Shown piece after piece: positions 36,660-49,210 of a DNA stretch of 64,000 bases (positions are counted from its first letter, which is position 1; each line of letters opens with the position of its first letter). The translations under genes and the position numbers were made by a program. The notes under the pieces were generated by a model. It was not told the origin of the DNA. It saw only the letters and a list, made by a program, of their open reading frames with translations, and did no database searches. This DNA comes from Callorhinchus milii (lineage: Eukaryota): positions 106,518,001-106,582,000 of the forward strand of contig NW_024704743.1 in NCBI RefSeq assembly GCF_018977255.1. Reading direction: 5' to 3'.

Positions 36660-37412
36660 ACTTTCTATTCCTTCATCCAAGTCATTTATATACATGGCAA
36701 ATAGCTGGGGTCCCAGTACAGCCCCCCGTGGAGTCCTGTAGCTCAGTGGTTAGAGCACTCGCTTTGCGAGTTCAATTCCAGGCAGAGGGCGAAACCTTGG
36801 GCAAGTTTCCTTACTCCACACGCCTAATAATAATCCCTCCAAAACCAAAAACAATAATAAATTGGTCATTTTCAATCTACGACTGTTTGTGGGACATTGC
36901 TGTGCGCAATTGGCTGCCGTGTTCGCCCACAAATATACAGTCAATTCACTTTACAGTGTGTTCTGTGAAGCGCTTTGGGACGTCCTCCCGAGGTGAAAAG
37001 CGCTATATCAAATGCAAGGATTATTATTATTATCCCACCAATCCCAGAACACTCCCTTTATCTCTACTCTCAGTTTCCTGCCTCCCAACCAATTACTAAG
37101 CCAGGTCACCAGGTTACCTTTGACTCCATGCCCTTCCATTTTCGCTAACAATCTTTTGTGTGGAACCTTATCAAACGCCTTCTGAAAGTCCAAATAAACA
37201 AGATCCATAGACACTCTCTTACCCACCATTTTAGTGACTTCCTCAAAAAATTTAACTAGTTTAGCCAGACACAGCCTACCCTTCACAAACCCATGCTGAC
37301 TCTCTTTGACTGGATCATACCTGTCCAAGTGTTCAGTCACTCTATCCCTGATGATGGGATTCCAGTATTTTCCCTATCACTGTGGTTAAGTTGGCGGCTC
37401 TGTAGTTTTCTG
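36660..37412. mobile_element. CR1 RT fragment (-) interrupted by a short-subfamily SINE (+, 36728-37032)
   Basis: Translation [29 protein letters not shown]; full SINE head-to-tail inside. Confidence 0.85.
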
Positions 37413-37464
37413 GTTAGGAGTGACATTCACAATTTTCCAACGAAAGCTGCAAGCAACAGTTGTG

Positions 37465-37600
37465 TGTAGAAAGCAGGCAATGGTTGGGTGTAGAAAGCAG
37501 GCAATGGTTGGGTGTAGAAAGCAGGCAATGGTTGGGTGTAGAAAGCAGGCAATGGTTGGGTGTAGAAAGCAGGCAATGGTTGGGTGTAGAAAGCAGGCAA
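37465..37600. repeat. 24-bp minisatellite (GTAGAAAGCAGGCAATGGTTGGGT), about 5.5 copies
   Basis: Perfect tandem copies are directly visible. Confidence 0.95.
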
Positions 37601-37608
37601 GCAGACTT

Positions 37609-37932
37609 GTGGAGTCCTGTAGCTCAGTGGTTAGAGCACTCGCTTTGCAAGCGAGAGACCTGAGTTCAATTCCAGGCAGAGGGCGAAACCTTGGGCAAGT
37701 TTCCTTACTCCACACAGAGCCTAATAATAATCCCTCCAAAACCAAAAACAATAATAAATTGGTCATTTTCAATCTACGACTGTTAGTGGGACATTGCTGT
37801 GTGCAATTGGCTGCCGCGTTCGCCCACAAATATACAGTCAATTCACTTTACAGTATATTCTGTGAAGCGCTTTGGGATGTCCTCCCGACGTGAAAAGCGC
37901 TATATCAAATGCAAGGATTATTATTATTATTA
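37609..37932 (+). mobile_element. tRNA-Ala/Deu SINE, full length (short subfamily)
   Basis: Anticodon arm CTCGC-TTTGCAA-GCGAG (TGC = Ala), A/B boxes, Deu core and tail. Confidence 0.92.
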
Positions 37933-38009
37933 TGGTTGGGTGCATATCCAATGCAAGGATTATGACTATTATAAAGGAGAGAGGGAGTGAGTTTTGCTGA
38001 CTGCCTCAC

Positions 38010-38330
38010 CTGGTCGGCTACTCTGTACACATCAGCCCTCTGGCTGCAGTCACACAGGTAGGTGTAGACCCTGGGGGCTCCCTGCTCCCGGGACAGCCGC
38101 CCGCTCTCCTCGTTGCCCTCCTTGTTGATGTCCCACAGCACCAGCGTGGAGCCCAGGCGGGCAAAGTGCAGACTGAGCAGCCGACCAATGCCGCTGCCGG
38201 CCCCGGTCACCAGCACGATCTCCCCCCGCACACTCTTCCTCCGCGGCGGCACCACCAGCCGCACCAGCGCTTCCAGAGCGTAGTACACAGAGAGCAGCAG
38301 AACCCGCAGCGTCTCCACAAGGAAATTCAT
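38010..38330 (-). CDS. SDR16C5: SDR16C5 (epidermal retinol dehydrogenase 2-like) coding exon 1; gene CDS spans 38330 to 20158 or 16595, 305 aa
   Basis: Hydrophobic N-anchor MNFLVETLRVLLLSVYY, Rossmann motif VLVTGAGSGIGR, LVLWDINKEGNEE, CDCS..VYRVADQ, donor CAG|GTGAGG. Synteny with CHCHD7 and PENK. Confidence 0.95.
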
Positions 38331-39342
38331 GCTCTCCAGACTCTGAGCGCAGGTACTTCCAGTCCTCACTCACTCACTCACTCACTCCCAACCACCTCAC
38401 TCCCAACCACCTCACTCCTGCTCCCCGGCACACACACAGCTGTTGCTTCTGCAGCTTGGACTCTGGGCTCGAACTGAGGATGTGGCACCAAAAAAAACAA
38501 CAAACCCCCCCCGACAACAACGGCCTTTGGCCTTAGACAACCACTTGCACAATCCGATCCCCTCCTCCCACTCTCGGTTTGACTTTCTTGCCCTGTGGTT
38601 TTCACACACCCTCTGGTTTTTGCATATTTGGGCGTATGGACCCAGTCCAGTTCCTGTGATGTTTTTTTCGGTGAGTGCCACCTCTAGGTTTAAGAAGCGT
38701 ATTGCAGAAGGTGCAAAATCCCTACTTTTACATGAACGGGGGGGAAAATTAGTGAAATTGGGCTTAAACGAACACCTCGCGGGTGGGTAAATGCGCCCTC
38801 CAATGACACACTTTCCTACGCTTTACCTTGTGGAACGCTTGGAGGTTTTCGCCTGACGTGCGAGATGCTCTGCGAAATGTAAGGATAAGTATTACTAAAT
38901 GGTGATTACAAAACTTGAGTCGACGGGTGCAAAACTGGCGGGAAGCGGTTTGCTTTTTTAAGGATGTAACTTGCGCACGGAAGGAATAAACAGACTAATT
39001 TGCTCGTTTACAATCTCCTGAAACACTTGTGTTCTCAGCTCAAAATCTCATGAAAAATTCAACCAAATTTTGTCCCATGAACTCCAGCTGTCTGTATAAT
39101 GCAGGCCAGATGTGCGTTAAGCAGACAATATGTCCCTGATTTCAATCATTATCGATAAATTGTTCAAGCCTTGGAATCCTACTCATGCGATTTCTTGAGA
39201 GCTTATCGTTCTCAGGATGGCTTCAATCTCATCTATGAAACATTGAGTACAAATATAACAACCCACTGTATCAAACAATCGTTATTATTGTTAATGTGTA
39301 TGAAGCTGTGACATTTTTTCACTATTGCAAAGCGTTTCACAG

Positions 39343-39682
39343 AATAATAATAATAATCCTTGCATTTGATATAGCGCTTTTCACGTCGGGAGGACGTCCC
39401 AAAGCGCTTCACAGAATATATCGTAAAGTAAATTGACTGTATATTTTGTGGGTGAAACACAGCAGCCAATTGCACATCGCAGTGTCCCACAAACAGTTGT
39501 GGATTGAGTGACCAAGTTATTTTATTTATTTTGATGGAATTATTACCCCCGGAAAAGCAATCCGCCACTCGACTAACAATCAAGCTCCTACTTACTGCTG
39601 GGTAAACAGGCAATGTAGAGTAAGGAAAGTTGCACAACGTTTCGCCCATCATGGGAATCGAACCCAGGACTCTCACTCGTTC
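39343..39682 (-). mobile_element. tRNA-Ala/Deu SINE (long subfamily)
   Basis: Tail, Deu core, internal segment and B box. Confidence 0.85.
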
Positions 39683-39837
39683 AAGACACGTCATGTAATT
39701 TCAGAATTTTGACATTGGTGACACAAAGATTCCAGATAGGCCCAAAATATTGCACTGTATACACTTGTTAGCATGAATCATAGTGTTTATCAAGGATAAG
39801 AAATACATGTGGATAACCAATAAAGCAAAAAAATTAG

Positions 39838-40196
39838 ATAATAATAATAATAATCCTCGCATTTGATATAGCGCCTTATCACATCTTCGAGACACCTCGA
39901 AGCACTTCACCGAATATACTGTAAAGTGTATTTTTACACTATTTTGTGGGTGAAACGCGGCAGGCAATTACGCACAGCAGTGTCCAACAAACAGTCGTGG
40001 ATTGAAGCGACCAATTTATTATTTTATTAAGGAATTATTACCCCTGGAAAAACGATCCGCCAATCAACTAACCGGGTTCCTAATTACTGCTAGGTAAACA
40101 GAGGCGTGTGGAGTAATGAAACTTACCCAACATTTCGCCCTGCCAGGAATCAAACCCAGGTCTCTTACTTGCGAAGCGAGTGCCGTAACTGCTGAG
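39838..40196 (-). mobile_element. tRNA-Ala/Deu SINE whose first ~17 nt lie at 43018-43034, split by CR1
   Basis: ...GCTGAG | CR1 | GAGCTACAGGACTCCAC reconstitutes the SINE head. Confidence 0.85.
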
Positions 40197-43017
40197 ATAA
40201 CATAACATAACATGTCGGAGCAGGAGTAGGCCATTCGGCCCTTCGAGCCTGCCCTGCCATTCAATCATGGATGATCTAATCTAACTCCAGCTAATAACCT
40301 AACCCTGCCTTATCCCCATATCCCTTAATCCCTTTTGCAATAAGAAATCTATCTATCTCAGTCTTGAATATGTTCAAGGACTGAGCGTCAACAGCCTTTG
40401 GGGTAGTGAGTTCCATACATTCACTACCCTTTAAGTGAAGAAGTTTTTCCTCAACTCAGTGCGAAAGGGCTGGCCTCTGATTTTAAGGTTGTGACCCCTG
40501 GTTTTAGTTTCTCCAACCAGGGGAAACAATCTCCCACTATCTACTCTATCATGCCCTTTGATGATCTTATAGGTTTCTATAAGATCCCCTCTAATTCTTC
40601 TATATTCTAGAGAATATAGGCCCAAATTGGTCAGCCTATCCTCGTAACTCATCCCCTTCATCCCTGGTACTAACCTAGTAAATCTACGCTGCACCCCCTC
40701 CAAGGCAAGTACATCCTTCCTTAAATAAGGAGACCAAAACTGGACACAATATTCCAGGTGTGGTCTCACCAGGGCCCTATACAGTTGCAGCAAGACTTCC
40801 CTACTCTTATACTCTAATCCTTTCATAATGAATGCTAACATACCGTTCGCCTTCCTAATTGCTGCTGCACCTGCAGACTAACTTTCTGTGATTGGTGTAC
40901 AAGGACACCCAAGTCCCTCTGGACGCTAACACATTCCAATCTCTCCCCTTCTCTACTGTTTTTGCTACCTAGGTGGATGACTTTGCACTTCCCTACATTA
41001 TACTTCATCTGCCACCTACCTGCCCAATCACCTAACCTGATTGTCTCGCTGCATTTGTTTAATGTCATCCTCTGTGTTGACACTTCCTCCTAGTTTTGTG
41101 TCATCCGCGACTTTAGATATATTAACTTCGATGTCCTCATCTAGATCGTTGATGTAGATGGTAAATAGCTGAGGCCCAAGGACTGATCCTTGTGGCACTC
41201 CACTGGTCACATCCCGCCAATCTGAAAAGGACCCGTTTATCCCTACTCTTTGTTTCCTACCCGTTAACCATTCCCCAATCCATGTTAATATGCTCCCCCA
41301 ATTCCATGGGCCCTTATCTTTTGGACTAACCTTTTATGCGGCACCTTATCGAATGCCTTCTGGAAGTCCAAATAGACCACATCCACTGATTCACCCTTAT
41401 CTAGTTTACTGGAAATATCCTCAAAAAACTCTATGAGATTTGTCAAACATGACTTCCCTTTTGTAAAGCCATGTTGACTTGGCCTAATTATATTGTGCTC
41501 CCCTAAATACCGCACTACCACATCCTTAATCAACGATTCTAAAATTTTTCTATCACTGATGTGAGACTAACTGGCCTATAGTTCCCTAACTTTTCCTTTC
41601 CACCTTTTTTAAGTAGTGGTGTGACATTTGCAATCTTCCAATCCATGGGGACTGTTCCAGAATCCAAGAAATTTTGGAAGATCAGACATAAGGCCTCCAC
41701 TATCTCATAAGCTACCTCTTTTAAAACCCCGGGATGCAAGCCATCCGGACCAGGGGATTTGTCACTTTTTAGTGCTAACAGTTTCCCTAGCACCAATTCT
41801 CTACTAATGAAAATTTCCCTAAGTTGCTCCCTGTCCTTATCCCCTTGGTGCATCTCTATTGTTGGCAGACTTGTTGTGTCTTCTAGGGTGAAGACAGATG
41901 CAAAGTACCCATTTAGGGACTCTGCCATGTCCTTGTCCCCCATTACAACTTCTCCTGTCTCTGACTGAAGTGGACCTACATTTACCCTCACTAGCCTATT
42001 CCTCTTAATATATTTGTAAAAACTTTTACAATCAGACTTAATGTTCCTAGCTAGCTTACCCTCATACTCCTTTTTCTCGCTCTTAATGAGTTTTTTAGTT
42101 TTATTTTGCTGGTTTCTAAAACTCTCCCAATCTTCAGATTTGCCGCTTTTCTTGGCAGTTTTATAAGCCTTTTCTTTTAATTTGATGCTTTCCCTAACTG
42201 CTCTAGTTAGCCACGGATGAATTGCTTTCCCTGTGGTACTCTTATTCCGCAAGGGAATATGCGACCGCTGAGAATTTTGCACTACATCCTTAAATATTTG
42301 CCACTGTTGGTCTACATTTTTACCTCTTAATCTTATTCTCCAGTCTATTTTACCTAAATCTTTCCTCATACCTACAAAACTAGCCCTATTTAAATTCAGA
42401 ATACTTGCCTCGGATTTAACTATATTCCTCTCTAACTTAATGCAGAATTCAATCATATTGTGATCACTCTGCCCCAGAGGATTCTTAATATCTACACTGC
42501 CAACTAGCCCTGTTTCGTTACACAAAACAAGGTCTAGGATGGCCTGTCCCCTAGGTGGTTCCTCGGCATGCTGCTCTAGAAAGTTATCTCTCATACACTC
42601 AATGAACTCTTCTGACCTACTTTTGCCGATTTGGTTTTCCCAATCTATGTGGAGATTGAAATCACCCACTATTATCGCTTTACATTTCCTACATGCTCCA
42701 CTGATTTCTTGATTGATACCCTGTGCTATATTGTGATCGCTGTTTGGGGGTCTATAAACCACTCCCATTAATATTTTCTGCCCTTTATTGTTTTTTGTTT
42801 CCACCCATATTGTCTCGACCTCCTGGTCATCGGATTTCAGATCCTTCCTCTCCACTGCTTTTATTTCATCCCTAATTAACAGGGCTACCCCCCCCCCCAC
42901 CTCTTTTCCCACAGTGCCTATCTTTCCTGTAAACGGAGAACCCTGGAATATTTAACTCCCACCCTAGTTCTCCTTGTAACCATATTTCAGTGATGGCTAC
43001 TAGATCGTACCCATATG
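40197..43017 (-). mobile_element. CR1 LINE, 2.8 kb, disrupted ORF2 (APE endonuclease + RT)
   Basis: Motifs [72 protein letters not shown] and [14 protein letters not shown], in several frames. Confidence 0.95.
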
Positions 43018-43514
43018 GAGCTACAGGACTCCACAGGATAGCCAGTAGTGTGGACAAGGTGGGGGGGAGTTATTGATTGAGGTGCCTCATGGCATCAAAC
43101 CACACTGTCATTAAACACTCGGAGACGCTACCTGCATGACGTGCCCGATGTAAATGCAAGTTGTTGTTCCTATTAATATATAAATGACTTGAATTCATAG
43201 ATTTAATGCAAGGTAATTACTTTTCTAAATTATATAGAAAGAGACTGTGGACTCTGAGGCCAGAACTGAGTTATTATAAAGAGAACTTTTAGAACTGAAT
43301 GCTGTAGGATTGGTATTCTGGAAGGTTAAATGAGATGATGGACCTCTTTCAGTGAACTTCCCCTTGTAATCTTCCTGCTAATCCTCAGCTCTTTGGAAAG
43401 CATTATCTTTTAAAGTTTATTTCCATTCCATGTCTTTTTTCCCTAAGTAGAATTGGTGCACGTTAAGCTATAACCGCAAAAAACCTAACAGTTTAGTTGC
43501 TTGTTTTAACCTTC

Positions 43515-44515
43515 ATTACATCGAGGCTCGACTATGCAAACTCATTGCTTGTCAGCATCCCCAACTCCCCCCAACAGATCATCTAGAACTCTGCAGCCCT
43601 GTGTCTTCTCCTGCACTAGGCTCCACGACCCTATCACCCCCATCCTTGCCCGACTCCACTGGCTTCCCATCCCACAGATGATACAGTTCAAGATCCTGGT
43701 CCTTACCTTCAGAGCCCTCCATGGTCTTGCTCCCCCTTACCTCTCCGACCTCCTAACCCACTACCATCCTGTTCACTCCCTCCGCTCAGCGGGCTCTGGC
43801 CTGCTTCACGTCCCTCGCCTTACTTGCCCCACTATTGGCAGACGGGCCTTCCGCCACTCTGCACCCACCCTCTGGAACTCCATCCCGCAGACCCTCCATC
43901 TCGTCCCCTCCCTCGCCACCTTCAAGACCCATCCCAAGACCCTCCTCTTCGACTGTGCTTTTGATCTCCCTGCTTCACCCCCTGCACTGGCTGCCTGTCC
44001 CAGAGAGGATCGACTTCAAGATCCTCACCCTTGTATTTAAATCCCTGCACTTCTCTGCACCCCCTACTTCTCTGACCTTCTATCTCCTCAAAACTGTACC
44101 CGTTGCTTTCGTTCTTCCGGGTCTGGTCTCCTCCTCGTCGCCCAAGTTCTCCGCTCCACCCTCGGCGGCCGTGCCAATATGTCAGCTTCAGCCAATATGC
44201 CCCGAGCTGGAACTCCCTTCCTCACTCTCTTCCTATTTTCAGGTCTCTGCTGAAGACCTTTCTCTTTGACCGCGTCTTTGGTCACCTTCCTCCCCCTCCC
44301 CCTGGCTCAGCCCCGGGATCCGTTACTGTAAAGCGCTCTGAGACGCTGTCCGGTGTTGGGGGCGCTATATAATTCCAAGTTGTTGTTGTTGTTGTTGCCC
44401 TCCACCCTCCACCACCCCGACCCCTAGTTCGGATCCGTAACTCGTCTGTCCAGCACCTTGGGACGTCCTCCCAATGTGAAAGTGCTATTGAAATGTAATT
44501 TTATTGTTGTTGTTA
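43515..44515 (+). mobile_element. Tandem L2 3' fragments
   Basis: HWLPIPQMIQFKILVLTFRALHGLAPPYL, a second HWLPVPERIDFKIL, and (TTG)n tails. Confidence 0.85.
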
Positions 44516-44519
44516 GAAC

Positions 44520-45320
44520 AAGATTACATTTGTATAGCGCCTTTCACGTTGGGAGGACGTATCAACGCCCTGGACAGAGTACAGCATTTCAGACCCGAGC
44601 TGGGGTCAGGGAGGGAGAAGGGAGGGGAGGGGAAGGGGGATGATGGATGGCATTGTCCAAGAGGAGGGTCTTGAGGCGGGACTTGAAGGAGGCTAAGGAG
44701 GGGTGAAGCGGAGTGATTGGGAGATGGAATTCCAGAATTTGGAGGCAGAGTGGAGATTGTGAGAGAAATAGGATTCGAACCAGGCAAAGACAGATCCGTA
44801 AAGATTAAGAAAAAGGAAAGGTTGCGTATAAGGATGGAGTGGTAGACAGTGTCGAAGGCAGCAGAGAGGTCGAGAATGACAAGGAGGCAGAGGGAGCCCT
44901 AATCACAGATGTTCAGAATGTCATTAGTGACTTTGACCAGGGCTGTTTCCGTGCCGTGTGCAGCGCAGAAGCCGGATTGGAGGGGTTCTAAGAGGGAATG
45001 GCGAGAAAGAAAGGAGTGGAGCTGGGACGCAATGACTCGTTCCAGGATCTTGGAGAGGAATGGGAAGTTAGAGATGAGGCGGTAGCTGGAGAGGAGGGAT
45101 GGGTCCAGGGAAGCTTTTTTCAGGAAGGGGGTGATGATGGCTGTTTTTAGGGGGGTGGGAACTGAACCGGTGGACAAGGAGTGGTTGGTGACATCGGACA
45201 GGAGTGGGGCCCAGAAGGTGGAGCTGGGAGATGAGGAGAGAGGTGGGGATGGGATTGAGGGAGCAGATGGTGGGTTTGAGTTTGCGAATGATGGCGGTGA
45301 GGGAGTAAACAGCAAAGTGT
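44520..45320 (-). mobile_element. L2 fragments (tail plus RT N-terminal part)
   Basis: Translation [38 protein letters not shown]. Confidence 0.85.
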
Positions 45321-45480
45321 GTTTAATTTGTGTGCCACAATGATTAATGTATCATATAGCAAGAAAGAGATTGAATTGTGGGATAATACTGCAAAAGAAA
45401 ATCCAACTGATTTGGCCTAAAGTACAAAAGCCAAAATATTATGAAAAACACAAAACATTAAATTTCATTTTGCGGTTATG

Positions 45481-45486
45481 TTTATT
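45481..45486 (-). terminator. Candidate PENK polyadenylation signal AATAAA
   Basis: TTTATT on the + strand, about 270 nt downstream of the PENK stop. Confidence 0.5.
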
Positions 45487-45756
45487 GGAATATGTACAAC
45501 TAGGCAGTAAGTTTTTTTTAATTGTTTTACATTTAATGAAAATAAACCACAAAACAAATTACACTCTGAGAAGAAAATACAGAGAAAGCAAATCATTAAC
45601 ATTTCAACTCAACAAAGGGCAACACAATTTGCAAGTAACATGTGCATTACAGATTGCCTGTTCTTAATAAACTAGACAGTAAAAAAAACACCTGTACATT
45701 CCAAGCAACACAAACATTTAGTTATGAGACCAGAGGCAGTCTTTCTGATTGTGCAT

Positions 45757-46428
45757 CTAAACTCTCATAAATCCGCCATATCTCTTTTCAAGCTCAGGGA
45801 CCTCTTTGGAATAAATTTCCCCATCTTCATCAGAAGGGACAAGAGCATCATTCCAACGTTTCATAAATCCACCATATCTTTTCTGGTAGTCCAGCCTCCA
45901 GTCTGGCTTACCAACTCTTCTCATGAAGCCTCCATATCTCTTTTGCAATTCTGCTGGAGCTTCTGTTTCGGGACTTCTCTTGAAACCCCTCATGAATCCC
46001 CCATACCGTTTCAGAATCTCACCGGCCCTGTCAGAGTCACTGCGTTCCAAATAACGGTTATGCTCACTGAGATCACCTAAGTTAAGGAGCTCTCTCAGGA
46101 CGTCAGCCGAATCTATCGGAGAAGCGTTCTCCTGATCCTTCTTCATAAACCCTCCATACCTTTTGGTCAGTATCTCTCTTCCATTATTTTCATCATCTGC
46201 GTCTGTTTTGTAAATGTCAACATTGTCTGCTTTTTTCATAAAGCCTCCATAGCGTTTCATGAAGCCACCATACTTTTTGGCCAACAGGATGTGTTGTTCT
46301 TCATTTTCTCCATCGTTTTCTTGAGAACCTTGACCTTTATCCTGTGCCATGTTGATCTGCACAACCTGCCTGCACATCTCCCAAGCCTTTTCTGAAGGCA
46401 ATTTACCATCACACTCTAAAGTGCAGCT
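45757..46428 (-). CDS. PENK: Proenkephalin main coding exon (seven YGGFM cores); precursor 271 aa
   Basis: Acceptor ttttatttcag at 46429; SCTLECDGKLPSEKAWEMC; YGGFM repeats flanked by KK/KR/RR; stop at 45757. Confidence 0.98.
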   Translation of the reverse strand, partial: SCTLECDGKLPSEKAWEMCRQVVQINMAQDKGQGSQENDGENEEQHILLAKKYGGFMKRYGGFMKKADNVDIYKTDADDENNGREILTKRYGGFMKKDQENASPIDSADVLRELLNLGDLSEHNRYLERSDSDRAGEILKRYGGFMRGFKRSPETEAPAELQKRYGGFMRRVGKPDWRLDYQKRYGGFMKRWNDALVPSDEDGEIYSKEVPELEKRYGGFMRV

Positions 46429-48240
46429 CTGAAATAAAACATATTTACCATATCAATAAAATGTCTGATTCATTATTAAATATCCCAAACTCAAAAGAGA
46501 TTTTCAGATTATCAAAGTGTGGTCAAATTTTGCAAGGAAACACCATTGAAAAGTCAATTAACACGATTTTAATACTGCAAAGGCAAAAGTGATTATACTC
46601 AACCTAACCTTGCTTTGTGTTTTATATATGTAGGGTAGGGGGTAGAGTGAAGGGAATAAGGCATAAACTATTCAACTGCACCTGGTATGTATATTTATCA
46701 AGTTTCATATTTTGATATAACCTTACTTCTGTACCCAATTTCATAATGTTAGGTGATCTGATTACAGGGAATTATTTCTATGTGTTTATAAACCCGGCAA
46801 AATGCACTGACTGTTCACAAGAGCATATTCTGCACTTTGTTAAAGGCAAGTCTATTACCTTACATCCCAGTTGAAGCTCTGTTGAGGAATCACGTTGTAG
46901 TGTTATTTTCACAAATGAAGAAAGGCTAGTCAATACTTACAAGTTAGTAGTGAAACACATCCTGTAACACGTCTTGCAACTATGACCCTGTGCAGTGGTT
47001 TTAATGTTGCAAGGATGCAAGATAAGCAGATTGAAAGACATATTTAAAGCCATGGAAGAGATCACAATTTAGTGATTCAATCATTTACATTGCCAGAAGA
47101 AAGAAGCCTGTGTGCACAGTGTGTTTGCTACCTAATAGATGGAATCATCAGCAAAAGTGTGAAAGAAGTTGGATAATGAGTGGAGGACATCGTTAATTGT
47201 CTATGCGTTACTTTGGGGGTGCAGATGAAGCAAACTGAAAACATTGTAAAGCGATTTCTATTACACTGATCTTGCTGCTGGATGTCAGAAAATCAATTGT
47301 TGTCTTTCTGAAGTTTTCCCATTCATCTAAATGTCCACTTCAGATGTTGCCGTTACTCCACTGCCTCCAGAAATGGATCAATATATTTGGTACTGTTACC
47401 AATGGTTATTAAAAAGCAAAAATGGACACAATTAGACCCTCTGTATTGAATTAAATAATCTGTCTCATGGTTATACTCTTTCTGTGTGTATATGTTATGT
47501 ATGCGCGTCATCATTCGCCGTCGTGCCTTCAACCACTATTGCACACTGGTTGAATTATCCCTGTCTTACACTGTATTCAGAATATCAGTAACTCTTTATG
47601 GGACGGATTTTATAGAAGCTGATACTGGTTGTACGATGTATATTGCTATACATAGATTGCTATACTGATTCCTGATGTTCCCCCAGGTAAATGTTCACAT
47701 TGTCTGTCTGTCTGTCTGTGGATTGGAGCCTGTTTTGCTGCTCTGCCCCTCACTGACCCCCTGAACACAGGCTATTTACTATTGTGTAGCAGGGCACTTG
47801 TAAGATAGATTTCAATCTATTTGCAGTTCTGTTTTTGCACCTTTAACTTAGCTCACAACACTCGTGTCGATGAACTACGTGGAGTTGCTCTTGGTTTGAA
47901 CTATATGAAATCTCATGTTAGCTATGATTTTCCCAACATTTTGGAGAGTAGTTTAAATTACTCTCTTTAGCTTCCCCTTCCCTGTCGATAAGGGTAAGTG
48001 ATCTACTGTGTAGCCAGCATCAGCTTCTCGCTTTACACTGGGATAAGGATTTAGACATGGAATTCACCCACCAAGGAAATAAACCACTGATTGCTCTTTT
48101 GTTAAACACTTTCTAGGCCAACATTAACAACAATTTTTTTTTAAAAAGCACAATATTTTCTACCAACACAAACAACAGCAACTCGATGGCAAGAAGGTGT
48201 CACATTAACTGCATCTCTCTGCTCCAGTTTCGGAGGGCGA

Positions 48241-48610
48241 GAGAGAGAGTGGGGTTTCTCTGCTAGTGAGCTAGAGAGAGGAGGGTTACTCTGCTGGTGA
48301 GCTAGAGAGAGGAGGGTTACTCTGCTGGTGGGCTAGAGAGAGGAGGGTTACTCTGCTGGTGAGCTAGAGAGAGGAGGGTTACTCTGCTGGTGGGCTAGAG
48401 AGAGGAGGGTTACTCTGCTGGTGAGCTAGAGAGAGGAGGGTTACTCTGCTGGTGAGCTAGAGAGAGGAGGGTTACTCTGCTGGTGGGCTAGAGAGAGGAG
48501 GGTTACTCTGCTGGTGAGCTAGAGAGAGGAGGGTTACTCTGCTGGTGGGCTAGAGAGAGGAGGGTTTCTCTGCTGGTGAGCTTGAGAGAGTGGGGTTTCT
48601 CTGCTGGTGG
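48241..48610. repeat. 31-bp minisatellite (GRGCTAGAGAGAGGAGGGTTACTCTGCTGGT), about 10 copies plus degenerate flanks, in PENK intron 2
   Basis: Tandem copies are directly visible. Confidence 0.95.
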
Positions 48611-48902
48611 ACAGAGAGTTACGGAGAGGAATTGCTGGGTGGCTGCTATGTGGGCTCCTCACTTGGCGAGATCCCTGGCCAGGACATGTTGCTCACTGCT
48701 CTCCTCTTCTTGTTTCAACAGTTCACTCACTGGCCGCCTAATCTTTAAAATCAACTCTTTCTTTTTTTTGTTATTCAACTCCGCAATCACAGTTTAATGG
48801 TGGAAACCCAGTCTCTCCCCCCACTCCCCTCTCCTCCCCTCTCCTCTCTGCTTCTCAAAAGGCTTACGTTTGTTTTTTGTATAGTTTCCAGCCTCTCTAC
48901 TT

Positions 48903-49210
48903 TATAATAATAAGAATAATCCTTGCATTTTCACGTCTTCTCAACATCTCAAAGCGCTTCACAGAATAGACTGTAGAGTGAACTGACGGTATATTTGTGG
49001 GCGAAACGCAGCAGCCAATTGCACACAGCAGTGTCCCACAAACAGTCGTGGATTGAAAATGACCAATTTATTATTGATTTTGTTTTGGAGGGATTATTAT
49101 TAGGCGTGTGGAGTAAGGAAACTTGCGCAAGGTTTCGCCCTGCCTGGAATTGAACCCAAGTGTCTCGCTTGCAAGGCGAGTGCTCTAACCACTGAGCTAC
49201 AGGACTCTAC
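48903..49210 (-). mobile_element. tRNA-Ala/Deu SINE (short subfamily)
   Basis: Head-to-tail match to the 37609 copy. Confidence 0.9.

Noticed and set aside
37609..37680. tRNA-Ala(TGC)-like sequence (also at 29284, 36728, 58285, 60497 and others)
   Set aside because: It is the head of a SINE: no proper acceptor stem, and always followed by the SINE body and tail.
38453..38470. HNF4/DR1-like AGCCCAGAGTCCA upstream of SDR16C5
   Set aside because: A single degenerate motif with an unknown TSS; could occur by chance.
41539..42912. 457-aa ORF as a host gene
   Set aside because: It is CR1 ORF2 (endonuclease/RT linker); the flanking frames are broken.
48241..48610. Regular ~31-bp repeats superficially like a CRISPR array (also 37465-37600 and 21372-21550)
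   Set aside because: Head-to-tail tandem units without unique spacers, in a vertebrate genome with no cas genes.
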